A DNA stretch of 64,000 nt, from NCBI GenBank assembly GCA_000004695.1, contig CM000154.2:3392001-3456000 (forward strand), in the 5' to 3' direction. The position numbers and the translations under genes are program-made. This document shows positions 1-17,129 of the stretch, one piece after another (positions within the stretch are counted from its first letter, which is position 1; each line of letters starts with the position of its first letter). The DNA comes from Dictyostelium discoideum (lineage: Eukaryota). The notes beneath the pieces are model-generated. The model saw only the letters and a program-made list of their open reading frames with translations, made no database searches and had not been told where the DNA came from.

Positions 1-2872
1 TATTTTGATTTTCAATTGCAATTGTATGATTTAACCCAAATCCACCGAAAATATGTAAAACAATTTCTTCTGGACTATTGATTGTATAATCTTGATCTTC
101 TATCAATTCTATATTATTATCCCTTGATACTATTATTGGTTGTTCAAAATAACGACCGGTAATTGTCACATCACTAGTTTGTACTGTATCTAATAATTGA
201 TTTGAAATTGATGAAATCCAAGGTTTTAATGCAACAGGAATACTTGGATAAATTTTATCACCTTGAGTAATTGTTAGAGTACCACTAATAACATTCAATG
301 GTAAATTTGAACATCTAATTAATTCTTTACTACCTAAACAATAGGATGATATATTAACACTATCTAAAATAATTGATAAGGTTGTTGCATCTGGTAAATC
401 TTTACCATTAATTAAAAGATCAGCTTTATCTTGATTAGTGTATAGGTCAGAATTAAAGTATTCTATTTGATATTGTGGTGTAATTGATGAAATACCGTCA
501 ACAATAATCTCTAAATTATAAGTGTCTGGTGATAATGGTGGTGATAAACAACTAATTTTTTCATGATCTTCAATTATAGCTACATTTTTACAACTGACAT
601 TAACATTATCTGATCCTCCAGTAATTAAAACTTGAATTAAGCTACTATCAATTCCAAAGTTTATACCAGAGATTGATAAAACTCCACCCACCTGAGCGAT
701 ATTATTCGAATAAATTATTGATGGCTCTGCATATTTATAAATAGCGGTTGTACTTTGATTTGAAACTTTTAATGCAACAGGTATTGTACCTGAACCAACT
801 GGTAATGTACAAGTATAACTCTTGTATGGAACTAAAACAGTGAGCAAACTACATGACTCGAATGTCAATAATGTATTTGAAAGTGTATTTGAAAAACTAC
901 TACCTGTTATTGTGACAATTCCACCAGTAGTTGGTACTCTATTCATAGTAATTATTGTTGGTTCATTATATTTTACAAATTGAGAATTTGCAGTTGTATT
1001 TAATGTATCCACTCTAACAACAATTTCATATGGACCATCAAAACCAGCAGCAATTTGAACATCCAATTCACCATTGATATAATCTCTTTCAAAATCCACT
1101 GATTTTCCATTGAAAAATACTGTAATTTTACTAAAAATCGTACCATAGTTATCTATACCAATATCAACTTTACCACCAATTGTATCAACTGTGTTTACTT
1201 TATTTGGAGTTGTAAAAGATGGAGGTGTACCACCATATTCTGTCAATACACCAGTATAAGAAGATAGTGTCATATTTGTTAACTCTAATGTATCTAAATA
1301 AATTACAAATCTTGTATTCTCAGTCCAAGTTGCTTTTACAGCATCACCTCCAATAATTGATTTATACTTTAAAATACATGGTTTACCTTGATTAGGACCT
1401 GTGATATAAACAAAATTTCCATTACCCACATATTTTGCATTTTGCCATAATATCCATCTTGCATTACCATTTTGAACTGGTAATGTATTATTTGCAAACT
1501 GTATCAATGTATCATCATAAAGTGATCCCATATGACCAATTTGACCATCAATTCTTAAATTTGATGCATAATCAATCATTGAAGTTTCAAATGTTGCCCA
1601 AGCTAAAAAACCACTATAATAATAACCATTATAAACTATTTTTAAAAAATAATTAATTATTAATAAATAATATAAAAAAAAACTTTTTTTTTTTTTTTTT
1701 TTACTTACAAATTGCAGCTTTAAATGAAATAAAAGTATTTGTTGAAACTGTAATTGTAATTGGTAAAAATTTATTACCAGTTAAACTTTCTGATAAAACA
1801 CAAGTAAAAACTTCATGTGCTTGTGTGATAATAATATTATTACATGAAACTCCTGGTGCACCTAATGTTACTGTGATTTCTGAAGCAATAGTTCCAAAAT
1901 TTGCACCTGTAATACTTGCAGTACTACCTTTTGAAAATACTGGATAAACACCACCAATCATTGGTAGTTCATAATTCCAATAAATTGGAAAATTATTCTT
2001 TTTATTTTTACTATCTTTAATTGCAACTGTGAATTTGCCTTGACCTGGTGGAATTGCACATTCAACACTACCAGTATCGATTTGTTTTATAGTTGTACAT
2101 GAAAAAGTTTTTGAAGAATCTGCTCTATTTGTGAAAATTATTGATAATTGACTATCGATTGTGAATGAATTTAAATGTTTGATAATTACAGTTGAACCAG
2201 TGGTTGGTGATGGAGGAATATGTGGTTCTTCATAACCACCAAATTCACAAACATATTTATCTAATAATGCCAATGGACCATTGTTATTAATGTAAGGAAC
2301 TGTCACAGAACCAGAGGTATGCAACCAATGTTCATCTTTAATTAAATTTGGTTCTAAACTTCCAAATATACAAAAACTATAACATTTATCAAAATAAAGA
2401 TTATACATAAAATCATCTTCTTCTGGTGAACCTTTTGAATATTTCCAAACACCTGTTTTTTCTGCATCACTGCCTGATATCCACATACCAGATGTTGTAA
2501 AATTATTTGTTTTACCCCAATTCCATTCTTCTTCACTTGTATATGTTACTAAATAGCTAATTATTTAAAATTAAATTTTAATAATTTTATTAATTTTTTA
2601 AAATAATAAAAAAAAAAATACATGGAAAAAAAAAAAAAAAAAAGAAATAAATTAATTATTTACCCTTTAGTTCCATTATAAGAAAAACTGTTACAATAAT
2701 CGGTAGCATTTGGTCCAGTTATTTGTACGCCATAGGCAAGTTTATTATCAAAAACTTGGTAATAATGTTGGTTTTGAGGGTTTTTGGTGGGGTTTATTGG
2801 TTGTGGTGGTGTCAAACAAAATACACAACCAATAAAAATAAAAAAAAAAATTAAATGAAAAATATTTTTCAT
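1..2872 (-). CDS. Secreted C-type-lectin-like + IPT/TIG-repeat protein. Three exons lie in the window and the 3' part runs off the window start.
   Basis: Exons are complement(2664..2872), complement(1709..2556) and complement(<1..1635). Exon 1 encodes a signal peptide, MKNIFHLIFFFIFIGCVFC. The exon-1 donor is GTAAAT (minus 2663-2658) and its acceptor AG lies at 2558-2557. The exon-2 donor is GTAAGT (1708-1703) and its acceptor AG lies at 1637-1636; splice phases were checked (GG|C gives Gly, T|TT gives Phe). Exons 1-2 carry CTLD-like motifs: ATDYCNS...LVTYTSEEEW, WISGSD..GVWKYSKGS and EPN...W. Exon 3 is an uninterrupted frame of more than 540 codons with repeated ITG.xFG / 'P.I..i.P..G...G.tvtI.G.nF' TIG-like units. 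No stop codon appears before position 1. Confidence 0.6.
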
Positions 2873-4184
2873 TATTTATTTATATTTTTTTTTTTTATTT
2901 TTATTTCTTTATTTCTTTATTTTTATTTTAATTTTTTTTTTTTATTTTTTTATGAAATGAATAAAAAAAAATCATTTGGTTTCGAGAACCTAGATGAAAA
3001 AAAAAAAAAAAATAAAAAAATAAAAAATAAATAAAATTTAAACAAAATAAAAATCTGGTATTTTATTTTTAGTAGTTGGCAAGTCAGGTCGGAAGCAGTA
3101 AAAAAGATTTTTTTTTTTGATTTTTTTTTTTTTAAAAAATTGATTTTTTTTTTTTTTTTAAACCAAATCTACTTTTTATCTCATTGCAATCTATTTTAAA
3201 AAAAAAAATGAAAATTCAAATATTAAGATGCCACAGAATAATTAATAAATGTCTACACCAAAATTTAATGGAAAAAAAAAAAAAAAAAAAAAAAAATTAA
3301 ATAAATTAATTATTTGACATGTCTCTTAAAATTACCTGACCAATACTAATTTAGATTAAAAAAAAAAAAAATAAAAAAAAAAATAAATACCTATTTTTTA
3401 CGGTTTTGTAAAAAAATTTTTTTTTTTTATTCAAATTCCAAAACCCATAAAAAAAATAAAAAAAAAAAAAATAAAAAAAAAAAAAAATTATAAAAGATAT
3501 TTTTAATTTATAATATTTTAGAAGTTCCAATACCGCCTGGTGCTTGATATGCATTTTATTTTTTTTTTTTTTTTTTTTTATTTTTTTTTATTTTTTTTTT
3601 TAATGATCTTTTAATTTTGAGAAAAAAAAAAAAAATTTTTTTTTAAAATCTTTTTTTAAATATCTGTATCATATTCCATGAAATTTAAAAAGGGAAATTA
3701 AAAAAAACCACCAATATGTAAATCAAGGAAATATTCCATTTCTTCACTTTTATTTTTTTTATTTTTTTTATTTTTTTTTTTTTTTTTTAATCATTTTTTC
3801 ACTAACTTTTCTTTAAAAAAAAAATGGTAAATTATTCAATTATGGTTCAACTTTAGCAACTGAAAACAAAAAACCTATAAAATAACCTAAAAATCATAAA
3901 AGAAAATGATATAATCATCAAAATAATTAAATTTAATTTAATTAAATTTATTAAAATAAAATCACAACATACAATAAAATTCAATTTTTTATAATATTAT
4001 TTTAATTACCATCCACAATCAATTATCAATCTAATATCTCTAAAAACGAGTTTTTTTTTTTTTTTTTTTTTTTATTTTGATTTTTTTTTTTAGGATCTTG
4101 TGTGTGAGACAGTAAGTATTTTTTTACATGAGAGGTTGTTTTATTTCATTATTTTTTCTATTATTTGTTCTTATACAATTTTGT

Positions 4185-4196
4185 ACACACACCCAC
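4185..4196 (+). promoter_or_regulatory. C-box / CA-rich element (ACACACACCCAC), G-box complement type, inside a GC-richer island 4090-4270.
   Basis: The motif ACACACCCA sits in an otherwise A/T-only intergenic region about 270 bp upstream of the small ORF at 4462. It resembles the Dictyostelium CAE/G-box (GBF-type) elements. Confidence 0.3.
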
Positions 4197-4461
4197 TTTA
4201 TAATATTAACTTTTTACAATGTGTTCTTTTTTAGTCTTTTACTTGTATTTCTGTAATTAACCAAAGGTTTTTTTTTTTTTTTTTATTACATTTTTTTTTT
4301 TTTTTTTAAACATTTTTTTTTTTTTACTATAAATAATTTTTTTTTTTTTTTATTATTCATTCAACAAAATTTAATTTAATCAATTAAAGCAAAAAAAAAA
4401 AAAAAATTATTTAATTTTATTTATTTATTTATTTTAAAAAAAAAAAAGAAAAAAAAAGAAA

Positions 4462-4677
4462 ATGTTATTTGAAACTTTAAAAAGTCTTTCTCAACAAAAT
4501 GGTGGCCAATTCTCTGATGAACAATCATTTGAAAGTCCAATTTCATCATCATTTAATGGTCATTCAATGCCATTCGGTAGTCCATCATCAACAATGAGTT
4601 CATCCTATAAGGGTAATACCAATTCCTCAACCAAATCAAGCAGTGCCTTCTTTTCAAGACCATTTTATTCTGAATAA
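4462..4677 (+). CDS. Small hypothetical protein (71 aa), S/T-rich.
   Basis: ATG-initiated ORF whose codon usage is not pure poly-A/T (it uses GGT, GGC, TCC and AAG). It lies downstream of a GC island carrying a C-box. No homology was recognised. Confidence 0.3.
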   Translation: MLFETLKSLSQQNGGQFSDEQSFESPISSSFNGHSMPFGSPSSTMSSSYKGNTNSSTKSSSAFFSRPFYSE

Positions 4678-4877
4678 TTAATTTACTTAATTATTTTTAT
4701 TATTTTTTTAGAAAAAAAAAAAAATAATAATATACATGTACTACTACAATTTCTTCCTTTTTTATTTATTAAAAAACAAAAAAACAATTTAAAATAAAAG
4801 ATTTATTTTAATCACACACAAACAAATAATAATATCTATTTTTTTTTTTTTTTTTTCTCCAATATTAATATTTTATT

Positions 4878-7854
4878 TTATTTTTTACTTAATTGTTTTG
4901 CCATTTGAGAGAATGCTCTTGAACTCATCTCCATTTCAGATGTTTTTAATTCCAACTCTTTTAATTGATCACCTCTTTTCTCTAAAGCTTCTTTAGCTTT
5001 ATTTAATAAATCTGAAATTCCTGCTATTTGTTGTGAATGTGATGGTGTTGGAATTTTATTTCCATCCTCTGAGAAAATTCTATCCAAATTTGATTCAGTA
5101 GTTTGTTGAGATGGTTTTGATGAAAAGAAACTTGTAAATTTACTCTTACCTTTTGGTAATGGTGGCATTGGAATATTATCAACAAATAATGTTGGATATT
5201 GATTTAATTGATGACCACCATTATTCGAAATACAATATAATAAACTACTATTATTATTATCAATATATAAATAACCATTACTATATGATGGTGTAATTAT
5301 AAATTTAATTATATTATTATTTAATGAAGAAGAGGAAGAAGAGGAAGAAGAACATAATGTTGGTAATCTAATTATTGGTAATAAACTATTTGATTTTAAT
5401 TTATCTAAATTTATAGTATTATATAATTCAATTGATGAAGTTGAAGCATCTAATGAAATTAATACAGGTTTACCATCTGATTGAGTTGATAAATGTACTA
5501 AACCATCAATAAAATATTTATTTGAACCGTCATGTTTATTTAATCTCTTGTGTTGAATTATTTTATTACTACCAAATGAAACACTATAAATTGAGATCTC
5601 TTTGATTGTTGATACTATTAATGATATTTCTTCAATCATTGATTTAAATTCTTCACCACCACCACCACCACCACCACTGCCATTGCCACTACCGTTAATT
5701 CCTGTTGAATTTAATAAATCATTATTAAATATTTTTGAAAGTGTTGATATATCATTTAAATTTTCAATTGATTCAGCATCATCATGATTAATTGAACCAA
5801 AGAATAAGAATTGAATTGGATCACCTCTTTTATTTGTAAATAATAATGAACCAACTTGAACACCACTACCACTATTTGATAATTTAAATGATGATATGAT
5901 TTTCATAGTTTGTAAATCTAATACCATAATATTTGCATCACTTGTTCCTAAATAAACTATACTACTATCAATATCACTATTACGAATTGGATAAAAACAT
6001 AATGATATTGATGTTATTGCTGCTGATATTGTTGAATCTCCTATTACTGTTGAAGGTGTAGTTGTTGATACATTATTTGATGAAGGTGTTGTTGATATTG
6101 ATGTTGTTGTTGTTGTTGTTGTTGTTGTTGAACAATTACCAAAACTAAAAACTGCTAATGTATAAACTACTTGACTTGAAGGTATAGTTGGAACTCCATC
6201 AACCCCAACTTCTTTATTATTTACAATTGATACTATATAATGATAAACATTACCTAAATCCGTACCAATTAATATCCTAGTTGAATAACTACTTTTATAT
6301 GGATTCAAAGTAATAGATGTTATATTCTCGCCATTTCCCATTATGATTTTACCCATTAATTTAAAAACATCAAAAACTGCATTCGGTAATTGTTTATCTT
6401 CTTTAATCCCATCTTCTTCTTGTTGTTGATTTTGTTCTGTATTATTATTATTACTATTATTATTATTATTATTACTATTATTATTATAAATTAATGTATC
6501 AATTCTTTTTGAAAAATCAGAAATATGATAAATTAATAATTCTGAACTACTTGTGGAGATTGTTAATAATAAATTTGATACTGAGAATGAAATTGTAATT
6601 ATTTCAATTGTTTTTGTTGTTGTTGTTACTGAATTATTATTATTATTATTATTTATATTTAAAGTTCCAAGGTATAAAATATTCTTTGGATCACTTGAAT
6701 TCCAAAATTCTATAGTATTATCATAATGAACAGTTATCATTAATTGTTGAAATGGTAATGATGATACACCTGGTAATTTATTTAATGTTAAAGTTTCTGG
6801 ACCACCATTAATTGAACTTTTCATATTATTATTTGATTCAAATAATTGATAAATTAAATCAATGGTTTTTGAATCACATTGATAACTTTTCATTAATTTA
6901 ACTTTATTATTACTACTATTACAACTGAATGATTTTAAATTAATTTCATCACATGATATTGGATTTGAAAAGAATAATGTTTTTTGATCAATTTTTAATT
7001 CAAGTAATCTATTTGAACCATTTGATTCAATTAATAATAAAGATTCAACAAAACCATTATTATTATAGTAAGGTAATGTGGTAATTGGACAGTATGATAG
7101 TAAATTTGAAAATACTTGAACTGATGATAAATGATTTACATTCTTAAAATTATCACCTTTAATAAGTATTAATGATTTTATATTATCAATATTATTTACA
7201 CCTTTAAATAATATTAATTTCTTATTATTGGTATATAATATTTCTAATTGATCAATTGGATAATATTGTTGTTGTTGTGATTGTTGAGATTGTTGAGATT
7301 GTTGTTGTTGTTGTGATTTATAAATTAAAATTGAAGTTGAATTTTGAGTTGAATATTTTATTAAATGAATTTCACCATTTAAAAAGCCTGCTACAAATTT
7401 TGAACCATTTCTAGACCAACAAATCGATGTACAATAACCACATTTAATGAATGATTCAATTCGTTTTTCAATTTTTTTAGATTCTAAATTAAATATTAAT
7501 ATTAAACCATTGTTATAACCAACTAATAATTGATTTGCATTGATTGGATTAACTTTTAAACATGATGGTAATGCTATTGATTCATTACATTTAACGTCAA
7601 ATTCAGGTTGTTGCTGCTGTGAAGTTTGACCATTATGTTCATAATCATAAAGTTGGTATGATGATAAAAAGTTATTATGTATATTATAAGTTTGAATCAT
7701 TGAATCCTCAGTTGAAAAGAATAAATGCTTTAATCCATTGGATTGACATATTGATGTAATTCTAGTCTTATATAATAATATATTATTTAATTTCATTCTA
7801 TCATAATCCCATTTTTCAATTGATGAATCCGTAACAATTATAATGAATGGCTAA

Positions 7855-7945
<91 letters not shown>

Positions 7946-8525
7946 GAATATTTTTTTTTTTTTTTTTTTGTATTTATAACAATAAAAAAATATACTTACT
8001 GAATTTATTATAAAGTAAATCTTTTTAATCATTGATTTTGTATGAGCTTTTAAAGGAATTTCATAACCATTTTTACCAAATCTAAAATGGAATAATAATA
8101 ATATAATAAAATTAGTATAGGTTTTTTTTTTTTTTTTATTAAATTAAAGTGTGAATTGTTGTTGATAATATTTACATTTTAAAAGAACCATCATTAAACC
8201 CAATTGCACATAAATTCAAAACATTATCAAAGGCTAATGCACTTTTTGTCCCATTAATACCATTTATAAAAATCTATAAAAGAAGAAAAGTTGAAAAAAG
8301 TAAAAATGAAAAAAAATAAAGGAAAAAGTGTGAATAATTTTTTGTAAGTTTCCTTTTTTTTATTTTTTTTTTTTTTATTTTTTAATAATGACAAACATTT
8401 TTTCCAAATTCGTTGATGTCTTGTTTGTTTGGGGTTTTATTTGGAGTTGCTGGTTTTTTGAAAATATCTTCTTCGTCTTCATCTTCATCTTTAATAAATT
8501 TTTTAATTTTATTAAAAATTGACAT
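4878..8525 (-). CDS. Tomosyn/Lgl (lethal giant larvae)/Sro7-family WD40 protein with a C-terminal R-SNARE-like coiled coil. It has 4 exons and about 1090 aa.
   Basis: Exons are complement(8397..8525), complement(8176..8273), complement(8000..8081) and complement(4878..7850). Exons 1-3 were not in the ORF track. Joined, they read MSIFNKIKKFIKDEDEDEEDIFKKPATPNKTPNKQDINEFGKN | IFINGINGTKSALAFDNVLNLCAIGFNDGSFK | IFGKNGYEIPLKAHTKSMIKKIYFIINS | PFIIIVTDSSIEKWDYDRMKLNN... This matches the Lgl/tomosyn N-terminal signature (hGFP.qPsALAfDpv..lLAIGt..G.i.ifG.pGve...H). The donors are GTTTGT (weak, 8396), GTAAAT (8175) and GTAAGT (7999). The acceptor AGs lie at 8274, 8082 and 7851. All phases are consistent. 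The large exon has WD40-like blocks. The C-terminus, KRGDQLKELELKTSEMEMSSRAFSQMAKQLSKK, is an R-SNARE/VAMP-like heptad motif as in tomosyn. Confidence 0.7.
7857..7944. repeat. (ATT)n microsatellite of about 29 units inside the last intron of the tomosyn/Lgl-like gene.
   Basis: A perfect ATT repeat read directly in the sequence. It lies between the donor at 7999 and the acceptor at 7851 on the minus strand. Confidence 0.9.
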
Positions 8526-8895
8526 TTTTGTTTTTTATTAAAAATAGTTGTATTTCCAAAAAAATAAAAATAAAAAATAAAAAAAAAAACTATAAAAAAA
8601 AAAAAAAAAAATAAAAAATAAAAAAAAATGAAAAAAAAAAAATAAAAATAAAAAATGGGAACAGTTGTCAATTTCAAATAAAAAAAAAAATAAAAAAAAT
8701 AAAAAAAATTATAATTTTAGCTCTACCAAATAAAAATAAAAAAAAAATAAAATAAAAAAAGTTTTAAAATGACCCTCTAGTTCGATACTTGCTATGAATA
8801 ATCGATAGATAACATAAATCTATGATTATTATCAATAGTAACACACTTTCAATTCATTCATTTTAGTCGATAAAATAGTGAGAATCATTTTGCGC

Positions 8896-8907
8896 TGACG
8901 TATATAA
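8896..8907 (+). promoter_or_regulatory. CRE-like TGACGTA overlapping a TATATAA TATA box, at the edge of a GC-richer island (8761-8905).
   Basis: The island stands out against an otherwise pure A/T intergenic spacer. It lies about 400 bp upstream of the + strand gene starting at 9305. The function is unverified. Confidence 0.3.
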
Positions 8908-9081
8908 TTTTACTTTGAATTTTAAAAAAAAAAAAATAAAAAAAAAAAAAAAAAAATGAAAATAAAAATAAAAATAAAATAAAATAAAATTTTTTTATAA
9001 TTTTATGGATTAAATAATAAAAAAAATTTTATGTATGTGTTCCTCATAATATTTAAATAATATATCACCTTTACAAAAATT

Positions 9082-9116
<35 letters not shown>

Positions 9117-9304
9117 AGTTAATTTTTTTTTAAATTTTTTTTTTTTTTTTTGTTTTTTAAATTTTTTTTTTTTTAATTTTTTTATTTTTTTTATTTTTTT
9201 TTTTAAATTTTTTATTTTTTTTTTTTTTTCATATTTTGTTGAACCTCTTTAGAGAAAAAAAAAAAAAAAAATTAAAAAAATAAAAATCAACTCCATCTCA
9301 TCCG

Positions 9305-16014
<6,710 letters not shown>

Positions 16015-16397
16015 GTAATAGTTTCAAAAATAAATAAAAGAGAATAAATTTTAAATAAAAAAAAAATAAAAAAAAAAATTAACAAATCACTTTTGGAAAA
16101 TGTGATAATAATTATAATTATTATTATTTCTCTCTATCTTTTTTTTTTTTAAAAAAAAAAATAAAGTAATAATATTTATTAAGATTAATTTTGATTAAAT
16201 AATAATAATTTAATTATCTTCATTCTTAATTTTATCCCAAAAAAAAAAAAAAAAAAAAAAAAAAAATTATTGATTAATATATGTCGATATATTTTTAATA
16301 TTAAAAATAAAATATAAATTTATTAATATAAACTTTTTTAATTAGTGGTTGTTTTTTTAAACCAAATTGCTTGAAAATGTTAAAAATTCTTGTTTTA

Positions 16398-16727
16398 TTA
16401 ACTTTGCCTTGAAAGATCAGAATTAATTGAAATTGAAATCTGTCTTAAAGAAAGGTTAGGTTGATTTTTGTGAATATCAATAACTTTGGAAACTAAGATT
16501 GAATATTCCTCAGGAGTAAACTTTGGTTTTGTTCTTAATCTTCCATGAGATTGTCTGATTTTTCCATTTCTATAGTCTCGAAGATAATAATTAAGTTGAT
16601 CTTTGGTAAAGCCATTCTGTCTTGCTGCTTTAGAATAATTTCCCATCATTAAACCTTGTCCTATAGCATCATATATTCTCTCTGTCTTTTCAATTAATTG
16701 GTCTACTGATCTCTTTGGTTTTACCAT
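16398..16727 (-). CDS. Solitary CENP-B/pogo-Tigger-type DNA-binding domain protein (109 aa): a psq HTH followed by an HTH_Tnp_Tc5-like domain. It is either a transposase-derived gene or a transposon remnant.
   Basis: The ATG start was verified and a double stop follows the ORF. The sequence MVKPKRSVDQLIEKTERIYDAIGQG..YSKAARQNGFTKDQLNYYLRDYRNGK...RTKPKFTPEEYSILVSKVIDIHKNQPNLSLRQISISIN matches the two-HTH N-terminus of pogo/CENP-B proteins. No DDE catalytic domain follows. Codon usage is GC-richer than the surroundings. Confidence 0.45.
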   Translation of the reverse strand: MVKPKRSVDQLIEKTERIYDAIGQGLMMGNYSKAARQNGFTKDQLNYYLRDYRNGKIRQSHGRLRTKPKFTPEEYSILVSKVIDIHKNQPNLSLRQISISINSDLSRQS

Positions 16728-17129
16728 TTTGTTAATATTATTATTGATTTTTGGTAAATAAAAAAAAAAAAAAATTACAATTTGTTTTTGGAAGTTAATT
16801 GCAATAATTATAATAGATTTTTTATTTTATTTAGAAAATTATATATTTTATTTTTTGAATTAAAAAAACTGATTACCACATTTTTTTAAATCGACAACCA
16901 CCAATAAAATAAAAAAAATTATTTATATAACCCCAGCAGTTAAAAATAGTTTTTATACAATCATTTTAATATTATAATTTACAACACAAAAAAACCTCAA
17001 TAAAATTAATAATAGTTATATTTTTGGAATTTTAAAATGAAAACTTTACAAATAATTAAATTTAATTTTAAAGCTATTAATTTATTTACAATATATTTTT
17101 TAATTTATTTGATTAAAAAAATACTATTA

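Noticed and set aside
1435-1656. Plus-strand ORF 1435..1656 (73 aa).
   Set aside because: It lies antisense to exon 3 and the intron of the minus-strand CTLD/TIG gene. It has a hydrophobic, low-complexity translation and no independent support.
3351-3554. ORF-track ORFs made almost entirely of poly-F/poly-K/poly-I. Examples are 3351..3554, 8375..8677, 18899..19150, 19500..19733, 22230..22415, 26283..26511, 27104..27301, 39505..39777, 43303..43596, 54088..54360 and 57700..57909.
   Set aside because: They are translations of homopolymeric or A/T-only spacer and intron sequence. They have no codon structure, and they overlap promoters and introns of better-supported genes.
5602-5787. Plus-strand ORF 5602..5787 and minus ORFs 24059..24337, 25196..25423, 25919..26158, 33289..33711, 34403..34639, 40286..40468, 41000..41287, 51024..51254 and 62218..62520.
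   Set aside because: Each is antisense and fully nested within a well-supported longer CDS on the other strand.
8776-8790. tRNA-like GTTCGATAC (box-B-like) in the 8761-8905 GC island.
   Set aside because: No matching A box, acceptor stem or anticodon arm could be built around it. It lacks the GGTTCGAATCC consensus.
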